A DNA stretch of 64,000 nt, from positions 8,244,849 to 8,308,848 of the forward strand of contig CM082583.2 of NCBI GenBank assembly GCA_040954595.2, read 5' to 3'. Of this stretch, positions 22,490 to 35,500 are shown in pieces. Source of the DNA: Balanoglossus misakiensis (taxonomy: Eukaryota > Animalia > Hemichordata). The notes beneath the pieces are model-generated. The model did no database searches and had not been told where the DNA came from. It saw only the letters and a program-made list of their open reading frames with translations. Every line of letters begins with the position of its first letter. Positions within the stretch are counted from its first letter, which is position 1. Position numbers and translations under genes: made by a program.

Positions 22490-23356
22490 CCTGGTTTCGG
22501 GACTTTCTTTCACAATCCACAGTTAATAGTTCCGTGCGACGCAAAATGGTGACTATACATGAATGCTGTAAATTATTAGCACCCGTCGTGACTGACCAGA
22601 CTCATGTTTCTCGACAACGCAGCAAAATTAACACGCGTTGGCAAGGCTACGTCAGATTTATTTTATTATTGTCCATTCTTAGTATTTACAATGTTGTAAA
22701 TACGTTGTAGGCCTATTACTGGTATGTCGATGCCAAACTTTAATTTTACAGTCAGGACAATTGATAGATGATGAACCATTGACCTAACACACATCTATAA
22801 AGAAATTGAGTAAGACCGTAACGTAGGTACAGAGTTCAAAATGACACATTCATTTATTTATAACAACATTACTTCAGAAAGTACGCGTGCATTCATGTAC
22901 ATGTATATGACGCGACTACTGCACACACAAATCAGTCTGGTATTTACAATACATGTACTACTATGCTTCCGTTTTCAGAGTGTTGACAATTTACGGATGT
23001 TGGAACTATCGAAGTTCGATAGAATCAGCTTTTGAAGTTCCCTCTTTCCTGGGGGTTTTCTTTTATAGAAGCATATTTTATATTCCGGTTTTAACATATA
23101 ATGTAAACAAAAAAGTTTTTCACGAACACCTGGGTATACTATCTTACTTCAGAACTCTAAAATGTCCAAAGCAGATGTTAATTTAAATGCAATTCAGAAC
23201 GTTCTTATGGTTAGACCAAATTTTCAATTATTTTGTTACAGCTGAAGTATTTTTGCTCCTATTAATGTACACATTTTCATAAAGTGGACGGAGAGATTAA
23301 TACAGACACGCAATATACTCGACACAGTCACGGGAATGGTTCAGATTTCTTCCGGA

Positions 23357-25129
23357 CTATTCGGACACTATGGGAACTGCCCCCTCGTGTCGATTTAGGT
23401 CCCTTCTCTTTCTTTTGTTTTTCTTCCTGGAGCTCTGTCTGTGAGATTTCAATTCGTTGGCCAGTCCCAAGGCGTCCCCGAGAAGTGCCAAGTCGATTTT
23501 TTCCACGGGCTGCGGGTCCCCCGGGATGCTTGCTGGTGCTGGCGCTGGTGCCTCTTTCTTGGTTTTGGGAGCCGCCAAATGATCGTTGGCGATGGACCAT
23601 TCGTGCAGAGTCGTGTAACCGTAGTCGGCGGCATAGTCGGACCCGACGAACGACACACCCAGCCACGTCTGGTTTACCTTACCCCAGTCACCGGGTTCTC
23701 TGCAGCCGAGTTCTTCCTGGGCGAAGAATCGGTCCAGAGACTCTTCAATCTGAGCACGTGCCACTTTCTGGAAATGAATAATAGTAAAAAAGTTGGTAAA
23801 TTATGGGCAATACACTCGCCACTTTCTGCAAAACAAAAAAGTATGTAAATTGTGAGAACCAAGAATTTTCGGACTGCGATATTTTCCAACGTGACACGGG
23901 GAATATCTGATATATTACAAAATGATATCTAAGCGTCTTTTACCTTTGATCTGGCGACAAAGGCCCCCTTTTCCAGATCCCGGTAGATGTCAGCATATCG
24001 TTGGTGTTCATAGGTGTAAACGGAACACATTCGCCAGAGAAAGAGACCAAGCAATAGTATCAGAAAGCCAACGACCAATACCGCCAGGCCTATTGTCTGA
24101 GAAAGTGCTTTATCGCCGATGTCCAGTTGGGGCGTATCGTCTTCGGCTTGACACGGTGTTGTATTTACGGCACACGCGTAATACCTGTCAGTTGGTGATT
24201 TTGGAGAGATAAATTACGATAATTGGTAATTTTTAATGAGAAATTATCATCGCATCGACTAAAAAATAAGACTTTGTCAGCTAGAACCTTGACTAATATA
24301 GTATTTTTGCGGAAAAGAGCTACTCACGAAGCGTTCATGAAGGCGATGAAAATCCAGGAGCTGGACGCCAGAAGTGCCCTGATGCAGATGTAACAAAGTC
24401 CGGTGCAGCCACCATTACAGGAACGACGCGGGATCAGAAATTCGTGAAATCCACCGGGTGAACGACAGCATCCTGTGACCAATTTCCAAGTCATGTTTGT
24501 CATTGTCACTCCTTCATGAGAAAGAAAGGAAGAAAGAAAAAAAAATGAATCCGAATTTAAATGTGCCTACATTCTCGGCAATTCAATGCATTTCTGACTT
24601 ATCAAGTGTGCGATTAGAAATTGATTGTATGCGTATTCTGAATAAATATTTATTTATGGTATATAGCACTCGTCATACCGTTCACCCGAGGTCACACAAT
24701 AACTTATATATCATTCCGCTTTAAGGTCATAAAATGAACGTTTTATGTCCGCGGCAATTTAGGCTATATGCAACAAACAGAAAAGAGATTATCCGAAATG
24801 GAACGGAGAGCAGACTTGAAGCTGTAGCCTTGCAATACTGTCAAAAGAATTTCTCCACTGTACACAGTTAATACTAGGGCACAATTTTTACATTTATAAC
24901 AATATCTAGCACGGTGCTCACCTATGACAAACAGCACAAAAGCCGGGCCAAATATCATCAGCCAGGAGTACAATGCACGCCGACCTTCGTCACAAGGACA
25001 TTTGAAAGCGAAGAGTTCGAACAGGTACTCGCTGCCGAAAATGAGCAGCACGATGACCAGATTCTGTATGGAAGTCGCGTTGGCTTTGACAAAGCCGTCT
25101 AACTTCAGGAAAACACCCTGAAAAGACAT
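23357..25129 (-). CDS. CALHM-family channel, paralog B; exons 25129-24922, 24511-24328, 24184-23944, 23767-23357
   Basis: Same intron positions and phases as paralog A; FAFKCPCDE, TWKLVTGCCR, YYACA, ALSQTIG, YTTLHEW. Stop TAG at 23357-23359. Confidence 0.88.
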
Positions 25130-26108
25130 GGTGACGTTTTGCGTCCCTCTGCAGCTAGAGGGGGAACGAGTCCCTGCCGTGAGCGGATTTAGTGTTGCTG
25201 CGTGTTGATTGTGTTCCCCGTCTTATTACATCTCGGCACCATGCAACGTCATAAAACACTCAAGTCTCGTTGAAACAGTAGCATAATTCACTTGATTGGA
25301 GATAAAGATATGAACAATCGAAACTTTTGTAAGCAATAAACACGGAGATGATTGGGCGCTTTTTTTCAAGGCTCAAACATGTTTGTTGTATCATACCCAC
25401 ATCACGTAAATTCATACGCTCCTCATTTTTTCAGTAATAACCACATTTTCGGATCGACTGTTTGTTCTAGTTCTATGATCATTTCGTGTGGAATGAGAAC
25501 GGTATCCTTGGCAAAGGCAGCACCACATTGATAATACACAACACTATAAATATTATATTTACTATCATGGTGATTCTATTTTAAAGGAAACATAATCTAC
25601 TGCATTTTTGTGACAATGTTATCATGATAGTAGGCCCTATTGTATTTAATCAAGTGTGGATATTGAAGTATTCCAAAGATTAACATAGTGACAATCCATA
25701 TAGTTCAATCCATACATCAGTCTCAGACTAAAATATACCGGCGAGAGGTTCACATTTTACATATAAGAACAGTATTTTCTTTTTCTTCTCCACCGTTGTC
25801 TTTCACACACCACCCGGAATCAAATCATCATTTGTGACTACGCCGTATCCTGGACGTCACCCCGAACGTCACCATGGTCACCGTGTGCTGTCACAGTGGT
25901 GGTACACTGCGGCGCTCCACTTCAGCCGTGTTCGCCTGTGTGCAAAAATCGTTAATTCTAATATGTCATCCACTCTATAAGATAGAATATATTGGCTGCA
26001 ATAAATTAAGCCAATGCAATAACCGTGCCCAGGGCGTTGGTGAGCTTTCGGGAAGACGATCTTCAGACTTCGGGAGTTTCCGGATACACTCGGTCACTTC
26101 CGGTCGTC

Positions 26109-27219
26109 ATGTCAACAGGCAAAATGGCGATGCCAAACCACAACCCTCCTCATGGAATGGAAGCGTACGATATAGGCGCCCTGAGTCAAGAGCAACAGGA
26201 GAAATTGAACCAATTTAAAGTAAGAAAGACGTTATTTATTTTCTGCAAGTTTCAGAGTGGAAGATCGATCATTGTTATTCAGAATCGTCGCCAATATACT
26301 ACATAGGCAACGTAAACAACATTTCGAACCTTTTGCTATTGTCGCGCTTGATCTACCACTCAGTCGATGAATGAACCGGTGCATGTTTTCACCGATGGTG
26401 ACCTTGTAAACGGGGTTATCGAGCTGAAACGAACCATATATTTACAGACAGTATCCATGGATGTCTGTAATTTGTAGATGTGTACGTTTGCATTATTTGG
26501 TAGCTTTTGTTTTGTCAAAACAAATCGGCGGCCTGTCGCCGGGAAGTACGTGTTGTGTACTGTCAATGTGGTGCTGCCTTTTCGAAGGATACCGTTCTCA
26601 TGCCACACAGAATGGTTGTCATAGAACCAGAACAAACAGTCGATCCGAAAATGTGGTTATTACTGAAAAAATGAGGAGCGCAGGAACAGACATGGATTAA
26701 ACATCACGTACTACATGTAGTTGCAGTTGAGGCGTGGTTTCCATGGTTACATACGTTCTCTCTGACGAATTCTCCTAGTGCCCCGTATTTTGGGGGCCTG
26801 GGACATGCAGGTAGTGCAGTATCTAAAGTAATTGCTATTTATTAGAGAAACACTGTGCAATATTTTCAACATTTACATTTTACATCCATAATTTTTGTTA
26901 TCATTTCCAGATTCAAACTAGAATGGCGAATGAGAGATACCTCAGACAGCATCCAGAAGTTGATCTCCTACTTGCAGGGTTCCTAGGGTAAGTCTTCCCT
27001 CTCATCTTTTGAGTCTTATGGGCAGAAAGTGCCGCGACGTCACCCTTTAATATCTGTGAAACCTTTCTTTGCAGCGACATCCTCATGAAGAGACCGGAAA
27101 ACGTCAGAGAATTTGCTGCCCAGTATTTCACAGACGGACAGCTGCCGGAAAAGATTGAGGGTCAAGTGCAACACAGGGAAGCCCAACTCCGAAATGCCAG
27201 ACTCAATCGGAAGATTTAA
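26109..27219 (+). CDS. RIIAD1: RIIa domain-containing protein 1; exons 26109-26219, 26911-26987, 27075-27219
   Basis: Spliced peptide ...ALSQEQQEKLNQFK|IQTRMANERYLRQHPEVDLLLAGFLG|DILMKRPENVREFAAQYFTD... is a typical RIIa/DPY30-like dimerization-docking domain. The start could be a nearby downstream ATG. Confidence 0.88.
26737..26750 (-). promoter_or_regulatory. RFX X-box in RIIAD1 intron 1
   Basis: Minus-strand GTAACCATGGAAAC matches GTHNYY-AT-RRNAAC; the host gene family is cilia-associated. Confidence 0.5.
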
Positions 27220-28587
27220 CACACCTTTAATCAAGTCAAAGACGTCACCTAATCTTCTTCGTGTACCATAATATCTCTTTTTGTAAAGGAGATCTCTATT
27301 TTTTGTCAACAAGGATATTACAACACTGTATATTATACTGTGATAATAGGAATCTACTTATCTACATGTCTGATCCTTCTCAATCTTTGTACAAACCTTC
27401 CATCATTCCTAAATTTGATAGATATCCAGTTATTATTATAATAGCTGAGCTAAATACCTAGAAGTTTATATTTTAGAGTTGAGCAATTATCCAACATACA
27501 GTTTTTTTTTTGCCTCAGCAAACGCATAGATGTAGTTTTTTTGTATATATTTGTAAATTTATTGTTTTCCCTGTTACCATGGTTTTGTGTCATTTTCAGT
27601 GATTTTATGGGTGGAGTGGACCTGCATCTGTGGATTGTGTCGTTTTGGTGGGTGGGGTCTGGTGGGCGAGGGGTACTGGTAAGGGCATTATCACCGGTAC
27701 CTGCAAACAACCATCAGTAGTTGGCTGGGTTTCAGGTGTACGTGTAGATTTCAGAACGGCATGAGTGAGTGACACCATGTCAACAGGAGATGGGTGTTGA
27801 TTTCATTTTAAACTTGCGGACACAAGAGAGAAATCCACATGCAGTGTGAATGGAGTTCCAATTAAAAAAAATCAGCAGTGCAGTCACCAGTGATGAAATG
27901 TGTGTACCAACATACAAGTTATCAAACCCTCATGGTTTTGGGGAAGGACAGCATGAAGCGCCAGTGTGTTAAAAGGAAATTGAGAGAATCTGATTCATAA
28001 TTCATGTTACATCGTCATTGATACATGTGTATGCAATCTGTCGCACCTGTTGATCAGTCTGGCATTATACTATGCAGTTTTTAGGACCACGAGGGTGCCT
28101 TTTTTCCAGCCATGGTTAAAATGCATTTTAAAAAATCTTGCCAAAATAACCTTGACTTTCATCGGTGCAGACGCGGAATTAATTGTCACCTACGAACCGT
28201 CCTGAGAATTTGCAGATTTTCTATTGAATAGCTACAGAAATGCCAAAAGTTCAAGCACGACTGAATGTGAAACTGACATTCTTTCAGTGCAACCACAAGT
28301 CCAATGAGCCATCAGTGTTCGCGTCACAATGCCCCTGTGGTTAAGTTGTGCATACCTATATTGTTCATTCCTGGATTCAAGCTTTTTTTCTGTGTGTATC
28401 TATTTATATGACAGAAAGGTCTTTTGTATCGCTTACAGAGACACATTGATATTATTAAAGATTCGTCAAAGATTCGTAGTTGTTCATAAAACTGGACCCC
28501 TGTGTCTTCGGTGATGTTCATGCGTGTTTGAACTTGTCTGAGAAGAAAACTTTCAGGTGATGTCAAAGGTCGCCAGAGGTAAGTGCA

Positions 28588-28660
28588 GCCTCGTTAGCGC
28601 AGTAGGCAGCGCGTCAGTCTCATAATCTGAAGGTCGTGAGTTCGATCCTCACACGGGGCA
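28588..28660 (+). tRNA. tRNA-Met(CAT), elongator
   Basis: GCCTCGTTAGCGCAGTAGGCAGCGCGTCAGTCTCATAATCTGAAGGTCGTGAGTTCGATCCTCACACGGGGCA folds to a full cloverleaf with G1:C72 and a TTCG T-loop; a T7 Pol III terminator follows. Confidence 0.97.
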
Positions 28661-28749
28661 GTATTTTTTTACACGCATGTAGAGAAATGATAAAAAAGAC
28701 GTTCTTTTTTACTAAAAAATATTTTATCAAAAGTTATAACATACATGAA

Positions 28750-28822
28750 GCCTCGTTAGCGCAGTAGGCAGTGCGTCAGTCTCATAATCTGAAGGTCGTG
28801 AGTTCGATCCTCACACGGGGCA
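28750..28822 (+). tRNA. tRNA-Met(CAT), elongator (D-stem C>T giving a G:U pair)
   Basis: Same sequence except GGCAGTGCG; T8 terminator; starts 162 bp after the previous copy. Confidence 0.93.
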
Positions 28823-29520
28823 GGGTTTTTTTTAACCGGCAAGCCTTTTTTACACCCAAGAGAACAGAAAAGAATCAGCAAAAAGGGTAAGGAGTTATCC
28901 TCTTTACTTTGCTTACCGATCTATTAGATATAAAAGAAAGTGGAAACAGACAAAAATCTTAGTAACTTGTATTACAAGTATTACCACTTAAACCCGCCAT
29001 TTTGGCCAAAACTATTCATGGCACCTGGTCCAGATTGATCAAACACAGGTTTTTACTCAGTCTAAAAGCGCACTACTGTGATGGAATGACGGCGTAGATA
29101 AAATTATTTTTTTTTCTCAAATGTCCCGCGATTTGAGAAAGGGTCTGACCGATACTCCATCTTGTCTCTGTCACAGGCAAATTTCGAGGCTTGCCTAGAT
29201 TCACGTGTACGCTGCAGCTGCAAACATCGTGATGGCGCCATTTTCAACGGCATCCAACCCCGGCTGTAGTTTGATAAAAAAAGAGAGAAAGAAGAAAGAT
29301 ATGGGCTTAACGTCCTTGCTATAGTAAAGGGGTTCATCCGTGTGCAAATCACGTGAAACTCAGACAAGGCGAAAAAAGCAAACCTTACGCAACACCATGA
29401 CCATACTCCTGAAATTGACTTCGCCGATCTTGGAGTCTATGCCCAAAGCGATTTTCAAATGGTAAATTCGAACGAGACCCGGATAAAAGCACAATCAAAA
29501 TTGCGAGGCTTTTTTTGAGA

Positions 29521-32500
29521 TCAGGATTCACTTACAGGGGGAGGTTCTTCTTCTGCCGTGCTGCTGTCCACGACTTCCTCCGCTAGGGTGATCGTTCCCC
29601 GTCGTTTCATCAAATTCGGGTTGTTCACGAGAGTGTAAGCCAAGTGCCACCTGTTCCGAGCGACGTTCGTTCTTGTGTGGTCGCCTTTCTCGTTTAGAGC
29701 TGGTTCTGGCACTTTGACTTTCTCTGAAAGAAGGTGGTTTTACTGATTCCATCTTTAAATTTTAAAAAATATTCTGGTATCCAAGACAACCGAAATGTGA
29801 GAGTTTTCCCCGTGAAAATTAATAACAGCTAGTTTACCTTCGTCAACCGTGTACGCAATCCCATATTTGCCATTCACATTATTCGAGGAAGATTCCAGTA
29901 AAAGGTTGCAGAATGTCACCAAGACAGGGTGAGTGTGGTATTCTTCAACCAAGAGAAACCCATAATATGCTTTGAAACCTACGGATAAAGTGGGAATACG
30001 GTTAATATACAAGAGTTCCATTTCTGGATAAAATAGGTAGATAATGTAAGCTGTGGTCATCTTCGGTACAAAAAACAGTTCACACGAGGATCACCATCGT
30101 CGTCGTCACCACCACCACCACCACCACCACCACCACCACCACCACCACCACCACCACCACCACCACCACGATAATGATGATGATGATTCCATATCAGTAC
30201 AGTGTATGGGCCAAATGTACTAACATGACAATCAGTCTAACTTATACTTACCGGGATCCCATAGTTCAAACTTCCTCATGAGAACGCTGTTGTCTGTTCG
30301 TCCGAGGAAAGTGAGCCCGAACAATGCAGCGTATATTATTCTCATTAAACAGGAAAACAAACCAATGATCATGTCATAGTAGAAGAGAACGTAGAACATG
30401 ACAGAAAACAACCGCCTATTGCAAATAAATTAAAACAGAAAAGCACCTGGATAAGTAAATCTATTTTTCTTAATGTAGGTGAGTACATGTACTATAGTTG
30501 ATTAGCAATTAAGACGCATAAGAACACTGCGAATCTTCGATTCATTGACTCGAGTACATATACCTATTATCGGCACCGAGAACAGTTCCACTGTCCTGGA
30601 GAAATACGAACTTGGCCAGAAACACCTGGAAGTATACCAGCACGAATCCTACGACCAACGTCAACCTGTGGGTGAAATGGAAACAAATACGCGAAAATAA
30701 GTCTGTTTATGACATGTGCAGATAGAAGACTGATGCCACCTTCAGTTCTGTGTACGTTTTCTACAAAGTCGAGAGAGAAATTTACTCACCAATAGGATTT
30801 GATGAAATCCAAGGCCATGCTGGAGTCGCCATTCCCCAGTGGAATAAATATCGCATAAAATAACAGAAAACAAATGACCCAGAGAACGATTTGCCAGAGA
30901 AACCAACCTTTGAGGGAAAAAAAAACAAAGCAAGAATCGATATAAGAACAGCAATTGTTCGTAGAAAATGACAGATCCGGAAAAAGACGTTATCACACCC
31001 TGGCTTGGTGTGCGATATTATAAGCGTCCCATATTCATCTTTTGTTGCTTTGGTCCAATAGGAATCAAGGTTGCACATCCAAAGGCATGTGTTTGACGTC
31101 AACAGCTGCAGCGTTGCGGCTGGCCTACACATCAAACATCCACACGTAAACCGTGTGGTGATGTAATCGAAGAATGTTACATATTAAACTACGTGATTAC
31201 TTACTCCACATGAGATAAGCCACTTGATATCCAGCATAACGCCAGCTGTACACCTGGCACGCGAGAAAAAAAATCGAAATGCACGCTAATTAAAATGACA
31301 CAAGATAAGAATTCAAATACAGGATGCATAGTAGTAGTAACGAATAGTAGTAAAGAATTACCCTACCAATGTACTGGCTGGCGTTAACGCTTTGTGGGGG
31401 AAAATTGACCTCTGTCCACGGTACAACATCAACATGTGCTGTCTGCAAGGTTAGACAAAGATTGCAAAGTGTAAAACAAGGAAATGCAATTTATTTCATC
31501 TAACCACTTCAAAGAATACATTGGAATAGTTAATGTGCAAATATCACGTTCAGTTCAATCAATTGTATATGGTGGAATCACACAATATGACGCTGTAATT
31601 GTGATAATCTCAATTATAAGTTTCATAAATTTTCTGCAAACCAGCATTCTCGTTTTGGGAGTCACTTGACGCAGTAAACATACCTGTATGTGACCAACAT
31701 CAGTGGCAGGAATAGATAATGAAGTACTAGAGTAAATCCGTACGAGATTTCAAATGCAACTGCAAATAACCAGAGAATTGTACAATAGTTCAGGCTTCAG
31801 TGTCGTGCTGAGGTATTCAAACTGTACTGTCCAGTATTCGACATGTCAGAATGGCCCATTGCCACATAGTCGTCGTATGTGAAACCTACACACAGTAACT
31901 GGTTCTGTTCATTGGCACACAATACATGAGAAGTTGTACATAAATTAACCCTTTCGCCCCCGTTTCCCTGTGTAGAGGTCCACCTTCACCGTGGAAGACA
32001 ATGAATTTGGACAAACCCATTGTAGTGACAGGGTTAAAATGCCAGAAAAAAGCTGCAAGCAGCAGTATGTTAATCGCCACAAAGTGGCGGGTAAGGCAAA
32101 GTAACCTACGCAGATTAACTTCAGCCAATTCCACCAAGCCTTGATGATATTGTGAATAATTCGATACGTCAAATGCCATGGCGATTTCGGGTTGGGTGAT
32201 GTACGCTTTCAAGGCTTCACTAATGCTCAGGATCACCACGCCCCAAATAGCCGAAACCTGCATGGGGAAAATGTGGAAGAATCACGACATAACTGTTGTA
32301 ATTCCAAATGGTTTAGGGCCTATCTGTAAATGGTTTATTCTGGGTCAATCCACGCGGAAAAGGTTCCCCTTATATCCGGAAACTGTCTATGCTAAATTCC
32401 TTTCCCCTTCACATAATATGAGAAGACCCTCTACACTCAATACACGTCAGCAAACCAAACACGTGCCCGTCTATATGAAAGTAGTTCCGGGGTCGCTCGT

Positions 32501-35500
32501 AAATGAGTGCCACACACCTGCGACAAGACGATGGCAGCAACCGCCATGGCGCACACAATCCTGGTCGAGTACTTGAAACCTGGATCGAAGAGGTCGATGG
32601 TACAGAAATTAGAGTTGCATTGGTTCGCAATCAACACACGCTGCCAATATTCCACTCTGTTCAGAGACACAGAGGGAGTACTTTAATCTGAGTAATCAGG
32701 CACCTTGGTCAGAAACCGATGCGCGTTGGTGACACTATCCTCTAACCAGCAAACTATACTGAAACAGTTTCAAAACAGTTGTACACAAATATACAGTCTA
32801 TGTAAAATGCAACTCTCCTGCTTCTTTGCTGGTCCTACCTGGTTTATTTTGATACAACATCTTCCGGAATTTATCCAAACATGTAGGTGGTCTCCTGTAA
32901 AAATACGGATGATTATCATGTTTGTGTCTATTAATCCTATGCGCATCCCTGGCTATATGCATGCGCAAATGGTCGGCGTGAGGTCATTCATCGCTCACTG
33001 ACAGACTGCCTTCTCGTTGACTGACTGACTGACTGACTCAAGTAACTAATGACAACATTCTGACTTGACCGTGAACTGATTTATATACCAGGCTGTGCAT
33101 TCACAAACATACTTACACATTCTTTGGTGGGTTCAGTAATCGTTTGACATAAGTGTAGTGATGAGACTTTCTAAAATCGTCGCTTTGAAAAAGAACCTTT
33201 TTCTTTTCCTGTAAAAAATAAAATACTTCTTAAAGATGGCAGTGAAAGAACAATTAGCACGAGTTTCTTCTCGCCAGGAGCTAGGTCAATTTCTCAACAG
33301 TATACACGTTGTACCGAATACACAAACAGAATTACCAGACAAATATATGTGACAATGCGATATTTCAATTGACATCTTTGAAAGAAAGCGCCAAATTAAA
33401 CCTCGCGAAATATTTGCAACTTACTTTAGAGCAACAGTTGTAGACATCGAAGGCCACGCCGACCACAAACCGAATGGACAGAATCAGCAAGCAGACGATA
33501 TTTGGGATGTCGGTAAATATAGTTAACAATAAGCTCGTGTCTCCCTACAATGAGACAAGATGCGACTCAGTTCTTCGAATTGAAATTGAACCAACTAGCT
33601 CGAATAATTTCATCGGCATATGTTAAACGGTTACAAGCCAGTCATGACGTAAGTCAAGTAAAATGTCAGATCGACCTGTACAGTAAAATCCCGAGAACAG
33701 TCATGTTGGTGTTCCTTTCGAAGGCAAAAAATATAATCATAAGACCACGTGAACAAACAAGTCTTCCTATGGTGCTTTATGACAACTCCTGCGCGATTTC
33801 AAATCATTTTCTACCACATGTGCCACCTACCGGTTCATCTAACTGAGAACACTCGACCAAGTTGAATACATAATAGGTCAGCCTATAATGATAAGAAAAT
33901 GACATCCGTGACATACAAAGTGGAGGGAGTGGCAGGGCGAATGAATGTCATCTTTGGTTCTGGACATCTTTCTACGGTTCTTGAATATCATACTACATAT
34001 GTATCAATATTTTGCAATATACATGCATGCGACTGATTCCTACCAGGATGCGGTGTACAGGAGTCCAATTATATTGCCCACTATCGATTTCCTCGTAGAA
34101 AGGCAGAGAAATATTGGGTAGAACACAATTCCAACGAATAACACATTCACCATTTTCATCATGAGATTGAGGGTACCTAAACGTGAAATGATAACATGGA
34201 CAGATGATAATATCAGCACTGTAGTTAAAAGTCGCCTTCTTCACACCGTCTTCTATAGTTCTTCAAGAGTTACTGGATATGTCTCAGCAGTCGTGAGAAA
34301 ATGATGTGCCGGGGCAGGAATTATTCCTCACCTTGTACCATTTCGGGCGTATGCGACAAATCAACATCAATCCAGTTATCGCCATCGATGAGGCCTAAAA
34401 CACTGGTGGTCGTGGCGCCAAACGCGCAAGCGTAGGAAAGCCGATCTTGTCCAGCGTCGATAATATCAACAGGGCTGAAAGAGGAAGATAAAAGGCCCAC
34501 GTTTTGCTCAAAAGAAATTAAATTTATGTTCCGGAACTTCGCTAAGGTATGATGGTTCGTCCCTGTTGATAGACCTTCTGCTTACAATTACAAATGCATG
34601 ACATATTTCAGCGATTATGATCTGATCGGTAAAAATAACATCATTTTGATAGATTTACTGTAGGCCTATCAGTGTTCTGACGGGAAGGTTCTCGAAAGTA
34701 AGCTTTAATGTTCGCCGGAGGCTAGAAAGATTCCATCCATGATGGTTTGGTGTCGCTATACATGCAGTACGCATGTCCCAGATCTCCGGGTGATAAACAT
34801 TGCAGTTTCTCAGCAAATGCGCACAATGGACATCTAACTCACTATGCTATTCCTGGATATCCGTAACAACAACCATGTCCAATCCGTTTGCGTTTTTGCA
34901 GGAAGGAGAGAAATATCGAGATCAACACCTGCGAGGGAGAACACATTGATTATCACTGAGTAAGAAAACAGAGTCAAGAAAAAATAGTGCATTTTGTTGT
35001 CTGGTTTCGATGAGAGGAGGGGTGTATCAAACTACTAGTCAATCATGATACATTAATTTTCTCGCTCGAAACTGTTGAAAGCAAAAATGATAAAACACAG
35101 TTGATTTGAGCACCGCTGCATGAATATTCTTTCTTACCGCTGGTATGAAAGTGTATAGGAACCAATCGACATAGAGACTATTGGTACACACAGTGCTGGC
35201 GGTGCCGTTTGGATAAAACGTTCCGTTGGCGTCTTGCGCTTCACTGTTGGTAAAATGAGATTTGGAGGTTTATTCGGTTGGAGAGACCATATCTTATATG
35301 GTAACAGTAATGGCTTTTCTGTTGTTGGTTTGAAGTCTTTCATGTCTTTGGGCACTCAAAGAAGAACACCGATGAATACACCACCGCCGGGTTGAGCGCA
35401 ACCCGAGGACAATAGTCATGGCATAGGTCTCTTATCCCATTGTCAAATAAGCGCTAGCCGAATGGTACACTCTAGTCGGGCAAGAAGACGTCATTGCACT

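Noticed and set aside
28505-28546. C/D-box snoRNA-like motif (GTGATGT...CTGA with a terminal stem)
   Set aside because: Only about 40 nt, imperfect C box, not intronic.
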